Shown here one piece after another: positions 39,632-54,934 of a stretch of DNA of 64,000 bases; position 1 is the first letter of the stretch; the number at the start of each line of letters is the position of its first letter. Under the pieces are notes generated by a model. The model was not told the DNA's origin. It worked only from the letters and a program-made list of their open reading frames with translations, and searched no databases. The stretch is taken from positions 45,260,001 to 45,324,000 of the forward strand of contig OZ024752.1 in NCBI GenBank assembly GCA_964016885.1. The letters run 5' to 3'. This stretch comes from Eledone cirrhosa (taxonomy: Eukaryota). The position numbers and the translations under genes are program-made.

Positions 39632-39754
39632 AAAAAAATGTTAAATATATATTTATATATATATATATATATTTATATATCTGCTATGTTATGTATTGAG
39701 TACCTTACTTACTGTTGTTAACCCCGAATGAACCTGGGATACACACATGCATAC

Positions 39755-39836
<82 letters not shown>

Positions 39837-39889
39837 CTATAAGTATAAGGAACAAGGATTCAGTGTTGCATCATAACATATTTAATAAT

Positions 39890-39977
39890 ATATTACATAT
39901 GTTTCACTATCGATCGGCTCAAAGCAAGACCTATTATAGATCGAACCTGACTCTGTAATCAAAAAGTCATCAGATAT
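39890..39977 (-). ncRNA. Type I hammerhead ribozyme (family H)
   Basis: atat-CTGATGA-long stem II-GAAAC-ATAT-GTA-atat; degenerate homologue at 29297-29380. Confidence 0.65.
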
Positions 39978-40125
39978 GCTTAGTATATGAATTTGTCTCC
40001 GATTCTGTATATATATATCATCATCATCATCATGATTGTTTAACGTCCATCTTCCACACTAGCATGGGTTTGGACGGGAATTTCCCACTTGAGGCAAGAT
40101 TGGTTGCTTGCTCTTATAGGACTAT

Positions 40126-40167
<42 letters not shown>

Positions 40168-40372
40168 GTATATATATGTATGGAATTACCCCATGAGAAG
40201 CTCGGCTATTCATGTACCAGGATAAAAATGTTCATTTAGTCCAGAATTAGCCGTCGAAACGGCTTGAGCTCAGCCGTCGGGGTCCTACTCGTTCCTATTA
40301 CCCACTCTACTACCCTAAGTATTGAGTACTTTGGTGCGTTACCATATTTGGTTCCTTACCACATTTCCTTCG

Positions 40373-40406
<34 letters not shown>

Positions 40407-40419
40407 ATGTATGTATATT

Positions 40420-40830
40420 TGAAGAGCCTGGCACCCTCTTCATTTCTTGAGCCAAAACCATAACCACTGTGTACTCCAGTGTAGCCATCCTGTTGCTGTC
40501 CAACATCTTCATTAACGTTGGTATCTAGAATGATGAAGTCTCTGTCATTTGAAATTGAAGTTGTTTGTAAGAGTTTCTCACAGAAACGGTCCTTTTGTTT
40601 TGTTTTGTTTGCCATAATTATGGTGCAGAGGTAGATACAATTGAAGCCATTCTATTGATACCATTCTCAACTTGATAATTCTATCACTTATTCTAACTAA
40701 CTCTATTATAACCTTATCTAACCACTTCTCATCTAGTAGAATGTCTACTTCACCTACTCATTCACCATTTCTTATGCAGAAAAGCTTATATCTGTATTGT
40801 TTGCCAGTGAGAATTCTTGCAAAACACACA
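40420..40830 (-). mobile_element. Decayed RTE-like LINE endonuclease fragment
   Basis: D.N..VG....GYTGVHSGYGFGSRNEEGARL motif; second copy at about 39300-39410. Confidence 0.7.
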
Positions 40831-40956
40831 CACATATATATATATATGTGCATGTAATTATATATATATATATATATCTATATATATACATATGTCCCAA
40901 GGCTCTGATACCATCAACACTATCAACACAGAGCTGGCATATCTAAGAACTGACTA

Positions 40957-41012
40957 ACTGCCTGATGAGGTCATAGCCATTCAATGGCTATCATCGAAAT
41001 ATATATAGCAGT
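40957..41012 (+). ncRNA. Type I hammerhead ribozyme (family L)
   Basis: actgc-CTGATGA-ggtcatagcca ttcaa tggctatcatc-GAAA-TATATA-TA-gcagt; all three stems pair. Confidence 0.8.
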
Positions 41013-41412
41013 AAATAAAGGATTATGAGTTCATGCAATTGACTTATGTTTCATCACTATATACATATATATAGTAGTTCACAACAGTTAGTTTACGATA
41101 CTGAGAACAAATGTAAGGTGAAACATTTGTTCTCAGTATTTTGAATTAGCTGTTGTGGAACCACTTCTACCAAACTCGTCCCATGGACTGAGTGCTGTAC
41201 TACTACGGATATAACCCTCCAGTGTTCTATTATATATGTGTGTGCATGTATGTATGTGTGTGTGTATGTATGTGTATAAATGTAATCTGAGTTTTTCGAA
41301 TATTAATAACATTCGATTCGTTTGCAATTATGCAAACAAGCTTCATTTTTAAAGCCATGTCATTAGAATGAACCCTTCATTCTTGTGTTGGCATATATAG
41401 ATATATATATAT

Positions 41413-41453
<41 letters not shown>

Positions 41454-43069
41454 ACCATCGTTTAACGTCCATCTTCCATGCTAGCATGGGTTAGACGGAA
41501 GTTGTCCCACTTGAGGCAAGGCTGGTCGGGTGACCATGTCTCGCTCATATAGGACTATCTGGCAGGCTTTCTACGGCTGGATGCCCTTCCTAACACCAAC
41601 CACATTTACAGTGTGGAACTGGGAACTTTTTACCGTGTTACCTACATGGCCACATTACAGCGTGGACTGTAAATTTTTTTTTTATATATATATATATACT
41701 GTATATATGTATATATATATACTGTAAATGCGGTTGGCGTTAGGAAGGACATCCAGCTGTAGAAACCAACCCAAAAGCAGTTCTGTACGAGCAAGACATG
41801 GTCACCTGACCTAGCATTGCCCACTGCAGGACAACTCGTCTAACCCATGCTAGCATGGAAAAATGGATGTACAATGATGATGATGATGATAGTGTGCTGT
41901 ATATCCATAATAGTTGGGTTGTGACACCTCGTTAATAAACAGGTGTAAAGAGGTAATAGCTATGTCAGTCGTAGATATCCAGCTAAAGGTGACAATTAAA
42001 CATGGTGGAGTTTTTATTTATGGAATAAATAGAAACATTGGGGCAGATGTTACATAATCATATGACTATGTAACATCTGTCTTCATACTTATATCTGTTC
42101 ATTTCTTGACATGGCAGAATGTTTCTGGTTAGAAGACACCTTTTCTATGCCCCACCACTTTACTGTGTGGACTGGATGTATTGTATTGTCACCACCAGTA
42201 GAAATGTTGTTTGTCATGACTTTTGAATCCTCACTCTACTCTACGTCACTTTATTTCAGATAACTGCTCTCCTAGGTGGGTTGCCTTCTCTGTGTCTTTC
42301 AGATTCTGTGTCAACCCTATGTCAATTTATTTCAGAATAACTGCTCTCCTAGATAGGTTGCCTTCTCTGAATCTTACACATTTTGTGTCGACCCTAGAGA
42401 CTTTTATATTTTCAGAGTGACTGTTCTCCTAGGTGGGTTGCCTTCTCTGTGTCTTTCAGATTCTGTGTCTACCCTAAATATGGTGTATATCTGAAACTGC
42501 TACAGTGTAGGAGCATAAACAAACATCATTGCTTGTTAATATGAGGAGGAAATTCTTGGCAGCAAACACATTAATATGTGCCTCAAGACATGAAGCTTGT
42601 CAGGCAAGAGCTTATCTTGGTTTCATTACCTTCGTAACAACCTGTACGACCTCTGCCAGCACGGAAAACAAATGAACAAAGTTAAAATGACGCCGATAAT
42701 GACAATGGTATGAAATCCATCATAGAAACTAAATTCTGTTCCCTTAAGGCAATAGATACAAACAACAGCAACGTCTATAAATAATTTCCATCTCTTGTAT
42801 ATTTCTGACAATTTTCAGCCATTTTTCACCCACTCATTCTTCAACTTGACAACAGATGGATTAAAAAAATACAATTAGGAAGTGCTTTCAAAATCTATCA
42901 ATCAATCTAGCTTAGTAATCAAGATTATAGCTAATAATCAATCATTTAAGAAACAAAATCCTATTCTATTTTAATTTCTTTTCTTGCATCTCAAAACTTG
43001 AGACTAACTAACATCAAAATTGGTAGAGTATGCTGTTGCTTCTCCTGCTCTTTTATTTAATACTCTCTC

Positions 43070-43480
43070 TCTCATTAGATCTGGTATAGTGTGTTGTGAC
43101 TTATATTTAAAACCCTGTCTCATTAGATCTGGTAGAGTATGTTATGTCTGTTATATTTAAAACCCTGTCTCATTAGATCTGGTAGAGTATGTTATGTCTG
43201 TTATATTTAAAACCCTGTCTCATTAGATCTGGTAGAGTATGTTATGTCTGTTATATTTAAAACCCTGTCTCATTAGATCTGGCATAGTGTGTTGTGACTG
43301 TTATATTTAAAACCTTGTCTCATTAGATCTGGTAGAGTATGTTATGTCTGTTATATTTAAAACCCTGTCTCATTAGACCTGGGATAGTGTGTTGTGACTG
43401 TTATATTTAAAACCCTGTCTCATACCTGGTATTGTGTGTTGTGACTGTTATATTTAAAACCCTGTCTCATTAGATCTGCT
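43070..43480. repeat. 50-bp minisatellite, about 8 copies
   Basis: Unit aaccctgtctcattagatctggtagagtatgttatgtctgttatatttaa. Confidence 0.9.
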
Positions 43481-44358
43481 AGAGGGTGTTACATGTAGCT
43501 AGTATATTTCAGACCCTGCATCACAGGAGGAGATTTTAATGCAACGTAATAATAATTGCTTCTACTTTTTGGCACAAGGCCAGCAATTATCTCAACGTAT
43601 TACTGGTACTTTATTTTATCGACCCTGTAAGGATGAAAGGCAAAGTTAACCTCGGCGAGATTTGAACATAATAATAATAATAATGATATTCTAGTAGAGA
43701 ATACAATTGGGCTTCATTCCTGGACTGGGGGGGTATGTTGTGTTTCCAAGCAAGATGCCATTTTAATTTTGCTCCAGTCCACTCAACTGAAAAAAATTTG
43801 AGTACCATCAATATTTAGGGATTAATCCCTACAACAGACTGGCATTCAGTCCAGGAGGGGAGAGGTTTCTTCTGATAATAGCAACACACATCCATTGTCT
43901 CCCACACATACATATTTATTCATGACTGAATCTCCTTCCATTAAAACAGCTGAGAAACCTCATATAATCAAAGTATGTATACGTTTTTGGAGACACCCTG
44001 TATATGTATGTATGTGAATATATATTTATATGCTGTTTGTGAATATATATACATGTGTATGTATATATATATATATGATGTATGTGTATATATATATGAT
44101 GTGTGTGTATGTATATATATATATGATGTATGTGTATATATATATGATGTATGTGTGTGTATATGTATATATATGATGTATGTATGTGTATATATATATA
44201 TGATATATGTATGTGTATATATATATATGATATATGATATATGTATATATGATGTATGTATATATATATATGATGTATATATATATATATATATATGATG
44301 TATGTATATATATATGATGTATATATATATATATATATATGATGTATGTATATATATA

Positions 44359-44398
<40 letters not shown>

Positions 44399-44569
44399 TA
44401 TGTATGTATATATATATGATGTATGTATATATATATATATATGATGTATGTATATATGTACTTCCCTGACATTTGTGTATTATTCTATGTACTATACATA
44501 CACCTTTGATGAGTTGTAGTGCACCTGAGCACTTTACACAATAATTTCATTATTATTATTATTATTATT

Positions 44570-44930
44570 ATAAGATGCAACCTAGTGGGAGGCCAGCTAA
44601 ACCTATAAAGATGTCATCTCTAACAGTAACATGATACAACTCGGACCTCCTACCTTTAAGACACCTGAGAAACTTCCTATAAGATGTAATTTAGTAGGAG
44701 GCCAGCTAAACCTACAAAGATGAGATCCATAACAACATGATACAGCTGGAATCTCCTACCTTTAAAACACCCGAGAAAGCTCCTATGAGGTGCAACCTAG
44801 TGAGAAGCCTGCTAAACCCACAAGGATGTGATCTGTCACAACAGGATACAATTAGAGCTCCTACTATTAAAACACCCGAGAAAGCTCCTGTAAGATGTAA
44901 TTTAGTAGGAGGCCAGTTAAACTTATATAA
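44570..44930. repeat. Diverged ~110-bp tandem repeat, about 3 copies
   Basis: Recurrent agatg(c/t)aa..tagt.ggaggccagctaaacc...ctcctac.tttaa.acacc.gagaaa. Confidence 0.7.
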
Positions 44931-45679
44931 ATACAAGTTTTAACAACAATAGGGATGTGGTAGAACCCACTTTGGGAATCACTGAGTTCAGAGAATTTTG
45001 AGATCTTGATCTGTGTTACTGTATCTTAGACTACATGTTGTAATAACTTCTGTGGTGTTCAAAAGCAGGAGAGGAAAGGGTATCCTTCTGGCATAACTGG
45101 CAATGGGTTTTACACCTATTGATGGACTCCTACAGTTCAAGGGTCACATTTGTGAATGTACCTGTAAAATAAAAGAGGGTCGGAAAAGTCACCTGTGTGC
45201 ACATGATCGTATAATGTTCAATGAAGGGATGGCACTCTTCTGACAAGGAGTAGCAATTAGCATGTATATATATGTGTGTGTCTGTGTCTTTGTGTGTATG
45301 TATATATGTGTGTCTCTGTGTGTGTATGTCTGTCTTTATGTGTGTGTCTACGTGTATGTATATATATGTGTGTGTCTGTGTGTCTGTGCAGCGTTTGTGT
45401 CTTTGTGTGTGTGTCTGTGTATATGTGTGTCTCTCTGTGTGTGTCTGTCTTTATGTGTGTGTGTCTGTGTATGTATATATGTGTCTGTGTATGTATATAT
45501 GTGTCTGTGTATGTATATATATATGTGTGTGTCTGTGTGTGTGAGTGTGTGTTGACATGTGTGTGAGTATAATGTCATATTTAAGTACATACATAGTGCG
45601 TACACTGGTAGATATCGGTAAGTTAGACGGTGTGTGGGACTAGTGTTATATTGGTGTGAACAGCTTCCATTAAACAGTC

Positions 45680-46858
45680 ACAACCACCACCACCATCACC
45701 ACCATCACCACCACCATCACCACCATCATCACCACCACCAACATCACCACCATCACCACCACCACCACCATCACCACCATCACCACCATCACCACCACCA
45801 TCACCACCATCAACATCAACACCACCAACATTACCACCACCACCATCACCACCACCACCACCACCATCACCACAACCATCACCACCACCATCACCACCAT
45901 CACCATCAACACCGCCAACATCACCACCACCACCACCATCACCATCAACACCACCAACATCACCACCACCACCATCACCACCACAACCATCACCACCATC
46001 ACCACCACCATCACCACCATCAACATCAACACCACCAACATTACCACCACCACCATCATCACCACCACCACCACCATCACCACAACCATCACCACCATCA
46101 CCACCACCATCACCACCATCAACACCACCAACATCACCACCACCACCATCATCACCACCACCATCATCACCACCACCACCACCACCAACACCACCACCAC
46201 CACCATCACCACCACAACCATCACCACCATCACCACCACCATCACCACCATCACCACCACCACTACCACCACCATCACCATCACCATCACCACCGTCACC
46301 ACCACCACCACCATCACCACCACCACCACCATCACCAACATCACCACCACCACCACCACCACCACCACCACCACCATCACCACCATCATCACCACCATCA
46401 CCATCACCACCACCACCACCACCACCACCACCATCACCACCATCACCACCACCACCACCATCACCACCACCACCATCACCACCACCACCATCACCACCAT
46501 CACCATCATCACCACCATCATCACCATCACCACCACCACCACCATCACCATCACCAACATCACCACCATCACCAACATCACCACCACCACCATCACCACC
46601 ATCAACACCACCAACATCACCACCATCACCACCACCACCACCATCACCACCACCACCGCCACCATCACCACCATCACCACCATCACCACCACCACTACCA
46701 CCACCACCAACATCACCACCACCAACATCACCACCACCACCATCACCACCACCACCATCACCACCACCACCACCACCAACATCACCACCACCAACATCAC
46801 CACCACCACCATCACCACCACCACCATCATCACCATCACCAACATCAACACCACCACT
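45680..46858. repeat. (CAC/CAT)n trinucleotide repeat, 1.2 kb
   Basis: Direct reading; source of the poly-His and poly-Gly ORFs. Confidence 0.95.
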
Positions 46859-46890
<32 letters not shown>

Positions 46891-47236
46891 CACGCATGTA
46901 TATTAATTGGTCAGTCTCTGAACACAATAATAGTCTATTTGTTTATGTGTGTGTGTGTGTATGTATGGGTGAAGGTTTATGTGTGTATGTGTGTGTGCAT
47001 GTATATGTCAATGTGTGTGTGTATATATGTGTGTCTGTGAGTGAGTGCATGTCTGTGAGTGTGTGTGTGTGTGTATACACATCAATATTCAGTGAAGCTC
47101 CACTCATTAGTCAATACTAGTATACACATATATATGTCACACCAGTTTGTAAGTGATTATCTTAGCTAGTAGTTGTATTATGTATGTTAGTAGGTTAATA
47201 TATATACATATATATATATATGAATATGTGTGTGTC

Positions 47237-47273
<37 letters not shown>

Positions 47274-47544
47274 GTCGGGCTGGACACCCGATCATGTGGT
47301 TAAACCACTGGGAGTGAAGGACCCCTAGCCTTTGTCAGGGCATTCTTCTAAGAGAAGACAACTCAGGAAACTGGGATAACTCCGATATAAAACCAGCAAC
47401 TCAGTAGTTATCGATGATGTTGATCTTTTCTTCTTTTCGCGTTATAGCTACTGTCTCTCAGAGAGTGGGATTGGCTCTGTGCACAGTCTTTCCTCACTTT
47501 AAAAAATATCTTCACGCACAGGCATTGCATGATAGAATTAATTA

Positions 47545-47722
47545 ATTGTTTCTACTTTAGGCACAAGGCCAGCAATTATCCAGTTCATTACTGGTACTTT
47601 ATTTTATCGACCCCGAAAGGATGAAAGGCAAAGTCAACCTCGGCGGGATTTGAACTCAGATCGTAAAGGGACGTAACTCTATGCTGGAAAGCATGGCGTC
47701 CGACCCTCTGCCAATCCACCCC
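47545..47722 (-). mobile_element. SINE family S1
   Basis: Full reverse-complement copy, flanked by catgatagaattaattaa on both sides. Confidence 0.85.
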
Positions 47723-47863
47723 CATGATAGAATTAATTAATAATTATTAATAATGGTATATCGTGCAATAGCCATACTCGATAACGAGGGGGCAGCCATC
47801 ATATATATAGTGAAAGAGTGAAGAATAACAGGGTCAACAGTACAAAAAGGGTTTTATTTACAG

Positions 47864-47967
47864 TATTAACAATTGTTTCATTGATTAGGTGAGTCTAAAG
47901 GCCGCTGATCACTCGAAGTTGCGTCACTCGACCTTAAATACAGTGTGTGTCTCTGATCAAATCATCA

Positions 47968-47972
<5 letters not shown>
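47864..47972 (-). ncRNA. Type I hammerhead ribozyme with branched long stem II
   Basis: tatt-CTGATGA-tttgatcag...ctaatcaat-GAAAC-AATT-GTT-aata. Confidence 0.65.
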
Positions 47973-48009
<37 letters not shown>

Positions 48010-48210
48010 CCAAATGTTAAACAAGGATCATTGATTATTCAATGAATATAGTTTTACAATAGATTAAAAGCACTCAACAAAGAAGTTTTCTGGAGTTATT
48101 ATTCAAAATATTGTGGTATATAAATATTGAGTTTTGTTGTAATAAATCACTACCAAGACTGGAATTGAACCATCAGCACAGTTGAGGTATGTCATACATC
48201 AATTTATGTA

Positions 48211-48272
48211 TTTTATCTGATGAGGACGTACTGAAAAAACAGCACAGTACTTCCGAAATATATATAATAAAA
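48211..48272 (+). ncRNA. Type I hammerhead ribozyme (family D-related) within element 48008-48320
   Basis: ttttat-CTGATGA-ggacgtactg..cagtacttcc-GAAA-TATATA-TA-ataaaa. Confidence 0.8.
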
Positions 48273-48316
48273 CATATATTTTGATTACGTGAATGTCTCC
48301 ATTTATTAATATTTTG

Positions 48317-48360
<44 letters not shown>

Positions 48361-48560
48361 TTCAAAGGGTATATATATATAATTAGACATAGTCGCAGAT
48401 ACATATATGAGTTTGGCAACCATTCACGGTGTGGCTCAATGAAGAATTAATTAAATAATTATTAATCAGAGCTATATATAAAAATGCCCAAAGAATCATT
48501 AGATAGAATATATACAGTATTTCCTCTAATGATTCTTTGGACTTATATATATATATATAT

Positions 48561-48908
48561 CATCATCATCATCATCATCATTTCATTTTACGTCCACTTT
48601 TCCCTGCTTGCAAGGGTGGGACGGGAACTGATTCTGGCTTGATTTCTACAGCTGGATGCCCTTCCTAACACCAACCTCATTTACAGTGAATGCTGGGTGC
48701 TTTTTTGCCGTGGCACCTCCACGACCACTTTGCAGTGGAATGATAGGGACCCCAGTCCCTATCATCTCATTTCTACAGCTGAGTAAACTGGAACAATGTG
48801 AAATAAAGTGTCTTGCTCAAGGAAACAACACATCACCCGGTCTGAGAATTGAACTCACAACCTTTCGATTGCAAGGCCAATGCTCTAACCACTAAGCCAT
48901 GTGCCTCC
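48561..48908 (-). mobile_element. SINE family S2, full length
   Basis: Reverse complement of 13327-13660. Confidence 0.85.
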
Positions 48909-49035
48909 ATGTGACATGTATGGATATGGTCTACCTACATACAAACACCTTTTATAAACTCGACACACACACACGTGTGTGTATATATATATGTATATAT
49001 ATACACACATATATATATTATATTTGGGGAGGGTC

Positions 49036-49073
<38 letters not shown>

Positions 49074-49417
49074 TTTATCTATATATTGTTATATTGTCAT
49101 CATTGCCTCTATATTGAATTTTCAATGTAAGGCAGGACATTTGAGTCAATGTCCTGCAGCCAGATGTCTTCTTCCTCACACCTCCACTCTTAGTCACTTC
49201 TTATGACATGTATGAATATGGTCTTCCTACATACAAACACCGTTTATAAACTCAACACACACACACGTGTGTGTGTGTGTATATATGTATATATATACAC
49301 ACGCATATATATATTATATTTGGGGAGGGTCATATTGTTATAATATTGCCAGAAATGATAATAAAACACGCTCACTGTTTGGTTTGGATTGGTTTTCGCT
49401 TCTGTTTGCTTTATATA

Positions 49418-49457
<40 letters not shown>

Positions 49458-50416
49458 GGAGGTGAGTAATATTGTAGAACAATAAAACTATGCATATATC
49501 AGATAAGTAGCACTCGACAGTTGGTAGAACTGGAGTATATATAAAAAAATTAAAAGATGGTTAAAAAAGTTTCATATATTTTATTATACGCATTTCGAAA
49601 ACAACATCATATATATATAAAACATGAGAAGAAAGAATACTGCGTGGTTGCACATGGGTTACATATGATAAAAATAGTCCTTCGTCAGTGATTTTCCAAC
49701 CTTCATTGGTATTTCATCGCTTTGAAAATCATATACCTCCGGTTGGTGTGAGCAATAGCTAAATAAAGCTATTGGGACAAGTAAATCGTGTAAAGTGAGC
49801 GAGACAGTAAAAAAACAAGGAAGGATAGCAATGCAAAGATAGGAAAAAACAAGCGCAATGTATATATATAAGAAAATGAGGCTTTTTTTAATGAAAAAAA
49901 AACGAGATATCCTCCACGAGTGAAAGTATAAGGAAAAGAAATCAAAAATACAACTGGAGTCTTTTTAAGAAAATTTATTTATTTCCTTTACCAGTTTCAC
50001 AGTTCTTATGATTTTCAAAAGTAGAATTGAGATGGAGAGTTTGTGGTCTCTCACATCTGGTTGGTTACGAACACTAACCAGATGCAAGAAAACCAACCAA
50101 ACAGTGAGTGTGCTCTGTTATTATTTCTGGCAATATTATAACAATATGACCCTCCCCAAGTATAACAATATATATATATATATATATCCTCATCATCATC
50201 ACCGTTTTATGTCCGTTCTTCTACGCTAGCATGGGTTAGATGGGTTGTCCTGTTGTGGGTAGTGTCCAGTCGGCTGACTTTGTCTTGCTCATACAGGAAC
50301 TGATTCTGGCTTGATTTCTACAGCTGGATGCCCTTCCTAACACCAACCTCATTTACAGTGAGTGATGGATGCTTTTTTTCTGTGGCGCCTACACACACAC
50401 ACACACACACACGCAC

Positions 50417-50528
<112 letters not shown>

Positions 50529-50991
50529 ATTGAAGTTTCTGTTGAAAATTGAAAAAGTCATAGGAGTGAAGAGTGCTCTATGTAAGTTACAGAGCTAAAT
50601 TTAATGTATAATAAACAATACAATATATATATAAATTGAAAAAATTAAAATGTATGTTAATCACTGAACAGAATTCCAAAATAAACTGTTATTCACTTTA
50701 AGATTGGGTGATAACATTTTGAATAACATTTAATATTCTATTTTTGTTAACAATTAAAATTTGGGAGGCTTTTTGTTTTTTCTTTATGCTGCACCCTGTA
50801 TAAAACAATTTAAAACAGTCTTGTATCAGGGAATTAGGTGTGGTTTTAAACAGTTTGGAATTAAAAGGGTTTAAATTTATTTTTCATGAGTGCTGGAGTG
50901 TTAAAATTGTTGATGAAAGTCATTCCAAAGATCCAAAGATAGGCTAAACAAAGGTGTTTTGTTGTTGTTGTTGTTGTGGTGGTGGTGGTGG

Positions 50992-51022
<31 letters not shown>

Positions 51023-51429
51023 GGTTGTGGTTGTTGTAGAAATGTTGAAAATAAACCAGTTCCCTAGATTTAGATTTAAAATATTAAAATATTTTAATAT
51101 ATGTAAAACTACTGTTTGTTGAGGTGAAATTAAATATGGTTTTAATGTACTGACTGAGGATGTGGATGATGATGATGTTGTTGTGATGGTGATGGATAGA
51201 TAGATAGATTATCATTATCATCCATTTTCTTCTCCGGTAAGGATTGATCAGATCATCATCAACCAACTCGTCCCTTAATTGGAGGTACTGACTTCTGAGA
51301 CAGGCCAGGGGCTCATTAATCACTTCCATACATACCTCCACAGATGGGCTAGGGGCCCGTATTTTTTCTACATGCATTCTAGTGTTGACACGGTTACTAC
51401 ATTTGGATGATTTCCTTATGGTGTTTCTC

Positions 51430-51675
51430 GCTTTCATCCTTCCTCAACACATGACCCAACCATCTCATTCCATTTCTCTTCACAACATTCATTACAGGCT
51501 CTATGCTTCTCATTCAGTTACTTTCATCCTTCCTCAACACATGACCTAACCATCTCAATCTATTTCTCTTCACAACATTGTTCACTAGCTTTCTTTACAT
51601 CACCCAGTCACTTTTATCCTTCCTCAACACATGACCTAACCATCTCAATCTATTTCTCTTCACAACATTCACCAC
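51430..51675. repeat. 90-bp tandem repeat, about 3 copies
   Basis: ctttcatccttcctcaacacatgacc.aaccatctca recurs at 51431, 51521 and 51611. Confidence 0.8.
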
Positions 51676-52025
51676 TCTCTCTCTCTACTCACATCCATTC
51701 ATATTTTACAACTAGCTATTATTTGATTTTGTTTTTTCTTTTAGTACCTTTTTTACATGTACAGCTAATCTCTTTAGTTACCGGTGAGTCAGGAACACCA
51801 CACTTTTCCATTTTTCTCAGCAAACATCTCTAACAATATTGTCTGTTATGTAAGATATCATTATTTTATATTAACTTAGCTTCATAAATTAGTTTTGTAA
51901 ATCTTTGAAATCAATAACTGGATGCTTTTGGTAATATTAATCTATTGTTAGTGGAAAAGCAAGGCAGTGGATGTGGCAGATTTGTTTAAATCTCACCAAG
52001 GTTCATGTTGCCTTTTCCAATGGCA

Positions 52026-52445
52026 ACCACTTTACAGAGTGTACTGGGTGCATTTTGTCATGGCACCAGCACTACCACTTTACAGAGTGTACTAGGTGCA
52101 TTTTGTCATGGCACCAGCTCTAGCACTTTACAGTGTGTACTGGGTGTATTTTATCAAGATACCAGCACTAACACTTTACAGAGTGTACTGGGTGTGTATT
52201 TTATCATGGCACCAGCACTACCACTTTACAGAGTGTACTAGATGTATTTTATCATGGCACCAGCACTACCACTTTACAGAGTGTACTGGGTGTGTATTTT
52301 ATCATGGCACCAACACTACCACTTTACAGAGTGTACAGGGTGTAATTTATCATGACATCACCTCTACTACTTTACAGAGTGTACTGGGTGTATTTTATCA
52401 TGACACCAGCACTACCACTTTACAGGGTGTACTCGGTGTATTTTA
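52026..52445. repeat. ~49-bp SINE-related minisatellite, about 9 copies
   Basis: Unit accactttacagagtgtactgggtgtattttatcatggcaccagcact. Confidence 0.85.
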
Positions 52446-53075
52446 TAAAAATGATAGCAATGTCATTCTTATTAAAGCCATCATCATCATTATCACTGTC
52501 ATCATCATCATCACTGTCAACATCATCAGTGTCAACATCATCATTGTCAACATCATCACTGTCAACATCAACCCCACCATCCCCATCACCATCACTCCCA
52601 CCACCCTCGTTTTTACGTCAGTTTCTTTACCACACTTCTATGGGTTGGAGGTGAAGCTATTTAACTGTTTAGTTATTTCAACTTGTTCTTATCTTTGTCT
52701 AAAACTAAAATATAATTTCTGACATTAAATTCTATGTTTTTCTTACCAAACTCTTGTAGAGTATCTGCCTGAGTCTGCTGGCAGATCTCATCAATAGAAC
52801 ATTACTATCTTCTTCAATAACTCTTGTATCCTTATCATTTCATGCCCGAGGCTTTAACATCGCTATCATTTTTGTACAATGTCCAAATAGAAATGGTTTT
52901 TATCCATTCCTTTACACTTATTTATATAACTTATCTCTTTCATCTGACAGAATGTTCAAATCAAACATTTTCCTTCCAACTTTACAAAACTTTGTGTAAA
53001 GAATTTTGGTAAGTTGTGGTGATTAAAGAATTAGAATCCTTTCATAGAACTTTCAATATTATGTATATATATATA

Positions 53076-53358
53076 TGGCTTAGTGGTTAGAGCATTGGCC
53101 TTGCAATCGAAAGATTGTGAGTTCAATTCTCAGACTGGGTGATGTGTTGTTTCCTTGAACAAGACACAAGGGCGGTGGATTGGCAGTATCAGTAGAGGGT
53201 CGGACGCCATGCTTTCCAGCATAGTTACGTCCCTTTACGATCTGAGTTCAAATCCCGCCGAGGTTGACTTTGCCTTTCATCCTTACGGGGTCGATAAAAT
53301 AAAGTACCAGTAATGCACTGGGTAATTGCTGGCCTTGTGCCTAAAGTATAGACAATTA
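53076..53358 (+). mobile_element. S2 SINE head joined to a full S1 SINE
   Basis: S2 at 53076-53168, S1 at 53170-53358. Confidence 0.8.
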
Positions 53359-54052
<694 letters not shown>

Positions 54053-54705
54053 TCAGGTCACCAGTTGGTGCTACTGGTAACATGTATCCCAGTACAATCT
54101 GTCTCATGGTCGGGTCGTTGGCGACTAAACTGGCAACCCCCCAAGGTTTCTTGGTAAGGAGGGTGACTTTGGACATCCTGCAGGACTAAAAACAAAACCT
54201 GTCAAAGGGCAAAGGAGCTCTTAAGAGTCAATGGCCATCCAAAATCACCAGGAGAGATGACCCCTTAGCCTTTGTCAAGGCAGAATTCTAGGAGAAGGAA
54301 AACTCTGATATAACACCTGCAACCCTGATGGTATCCAATGATGTTGACTTGTTCTTCTTTTTGGTAAATATCATCTTGGTTAAGAGAGTGGGACTGGCTT
54401 TGTGCAGTGCCTTTGCTCACTATAAAAGCTTCACGGCACAGGCATTGCTTTATATCTGGAGATCTCTCTGCACTTGTCGTCACATGGTACCATGGGCCCA
54501 GCACTATGTGTCAATAGTTGTCACAAGTGTAGTCTTTGTACCAGAGTTTTCAAGTCGCTGGCTGGACTAAAAAGTCACACTCGTTCAGCGCATCTGTAGG
54601 GTTTCTCCTACATGGATATAAAGTAGTGGCCGTAGTCGAAAACGAGTTGGCAGCCACCATGTATATATATATATATATGTATGTATGTATATATATATAT
54701 GTATG

Positions 54706-54736
<31 letters not shown>

Positions 54737-54788
54737 ATATATATATGTATGTATATATATATATGTATGTATATATATATATGTATGT

Positions 54789-54822
<34 letters not shown>

Positions 54823-54934
54823 GTATGTATATATATGTATGTATGTATGTATATATATGTATGTATGTATATATATGTATGTGTATATATATATATATGT
54901 ATATATATGTGTTACAGTTTGAGATCAGTGTGGA

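Noticed and set aside
45140-45190. Minus-strand acceptor ccctcttttattttacag|gtacat
   Set aside because: Weak donor, stops in all following frames, and opposite strand to the better-supported sites.
45623-47040. Poly-His and Gly/Asp-rich ORFs
   Set aside because: CAC/CAT trinucleotide repeat flanked by other microsatellites.
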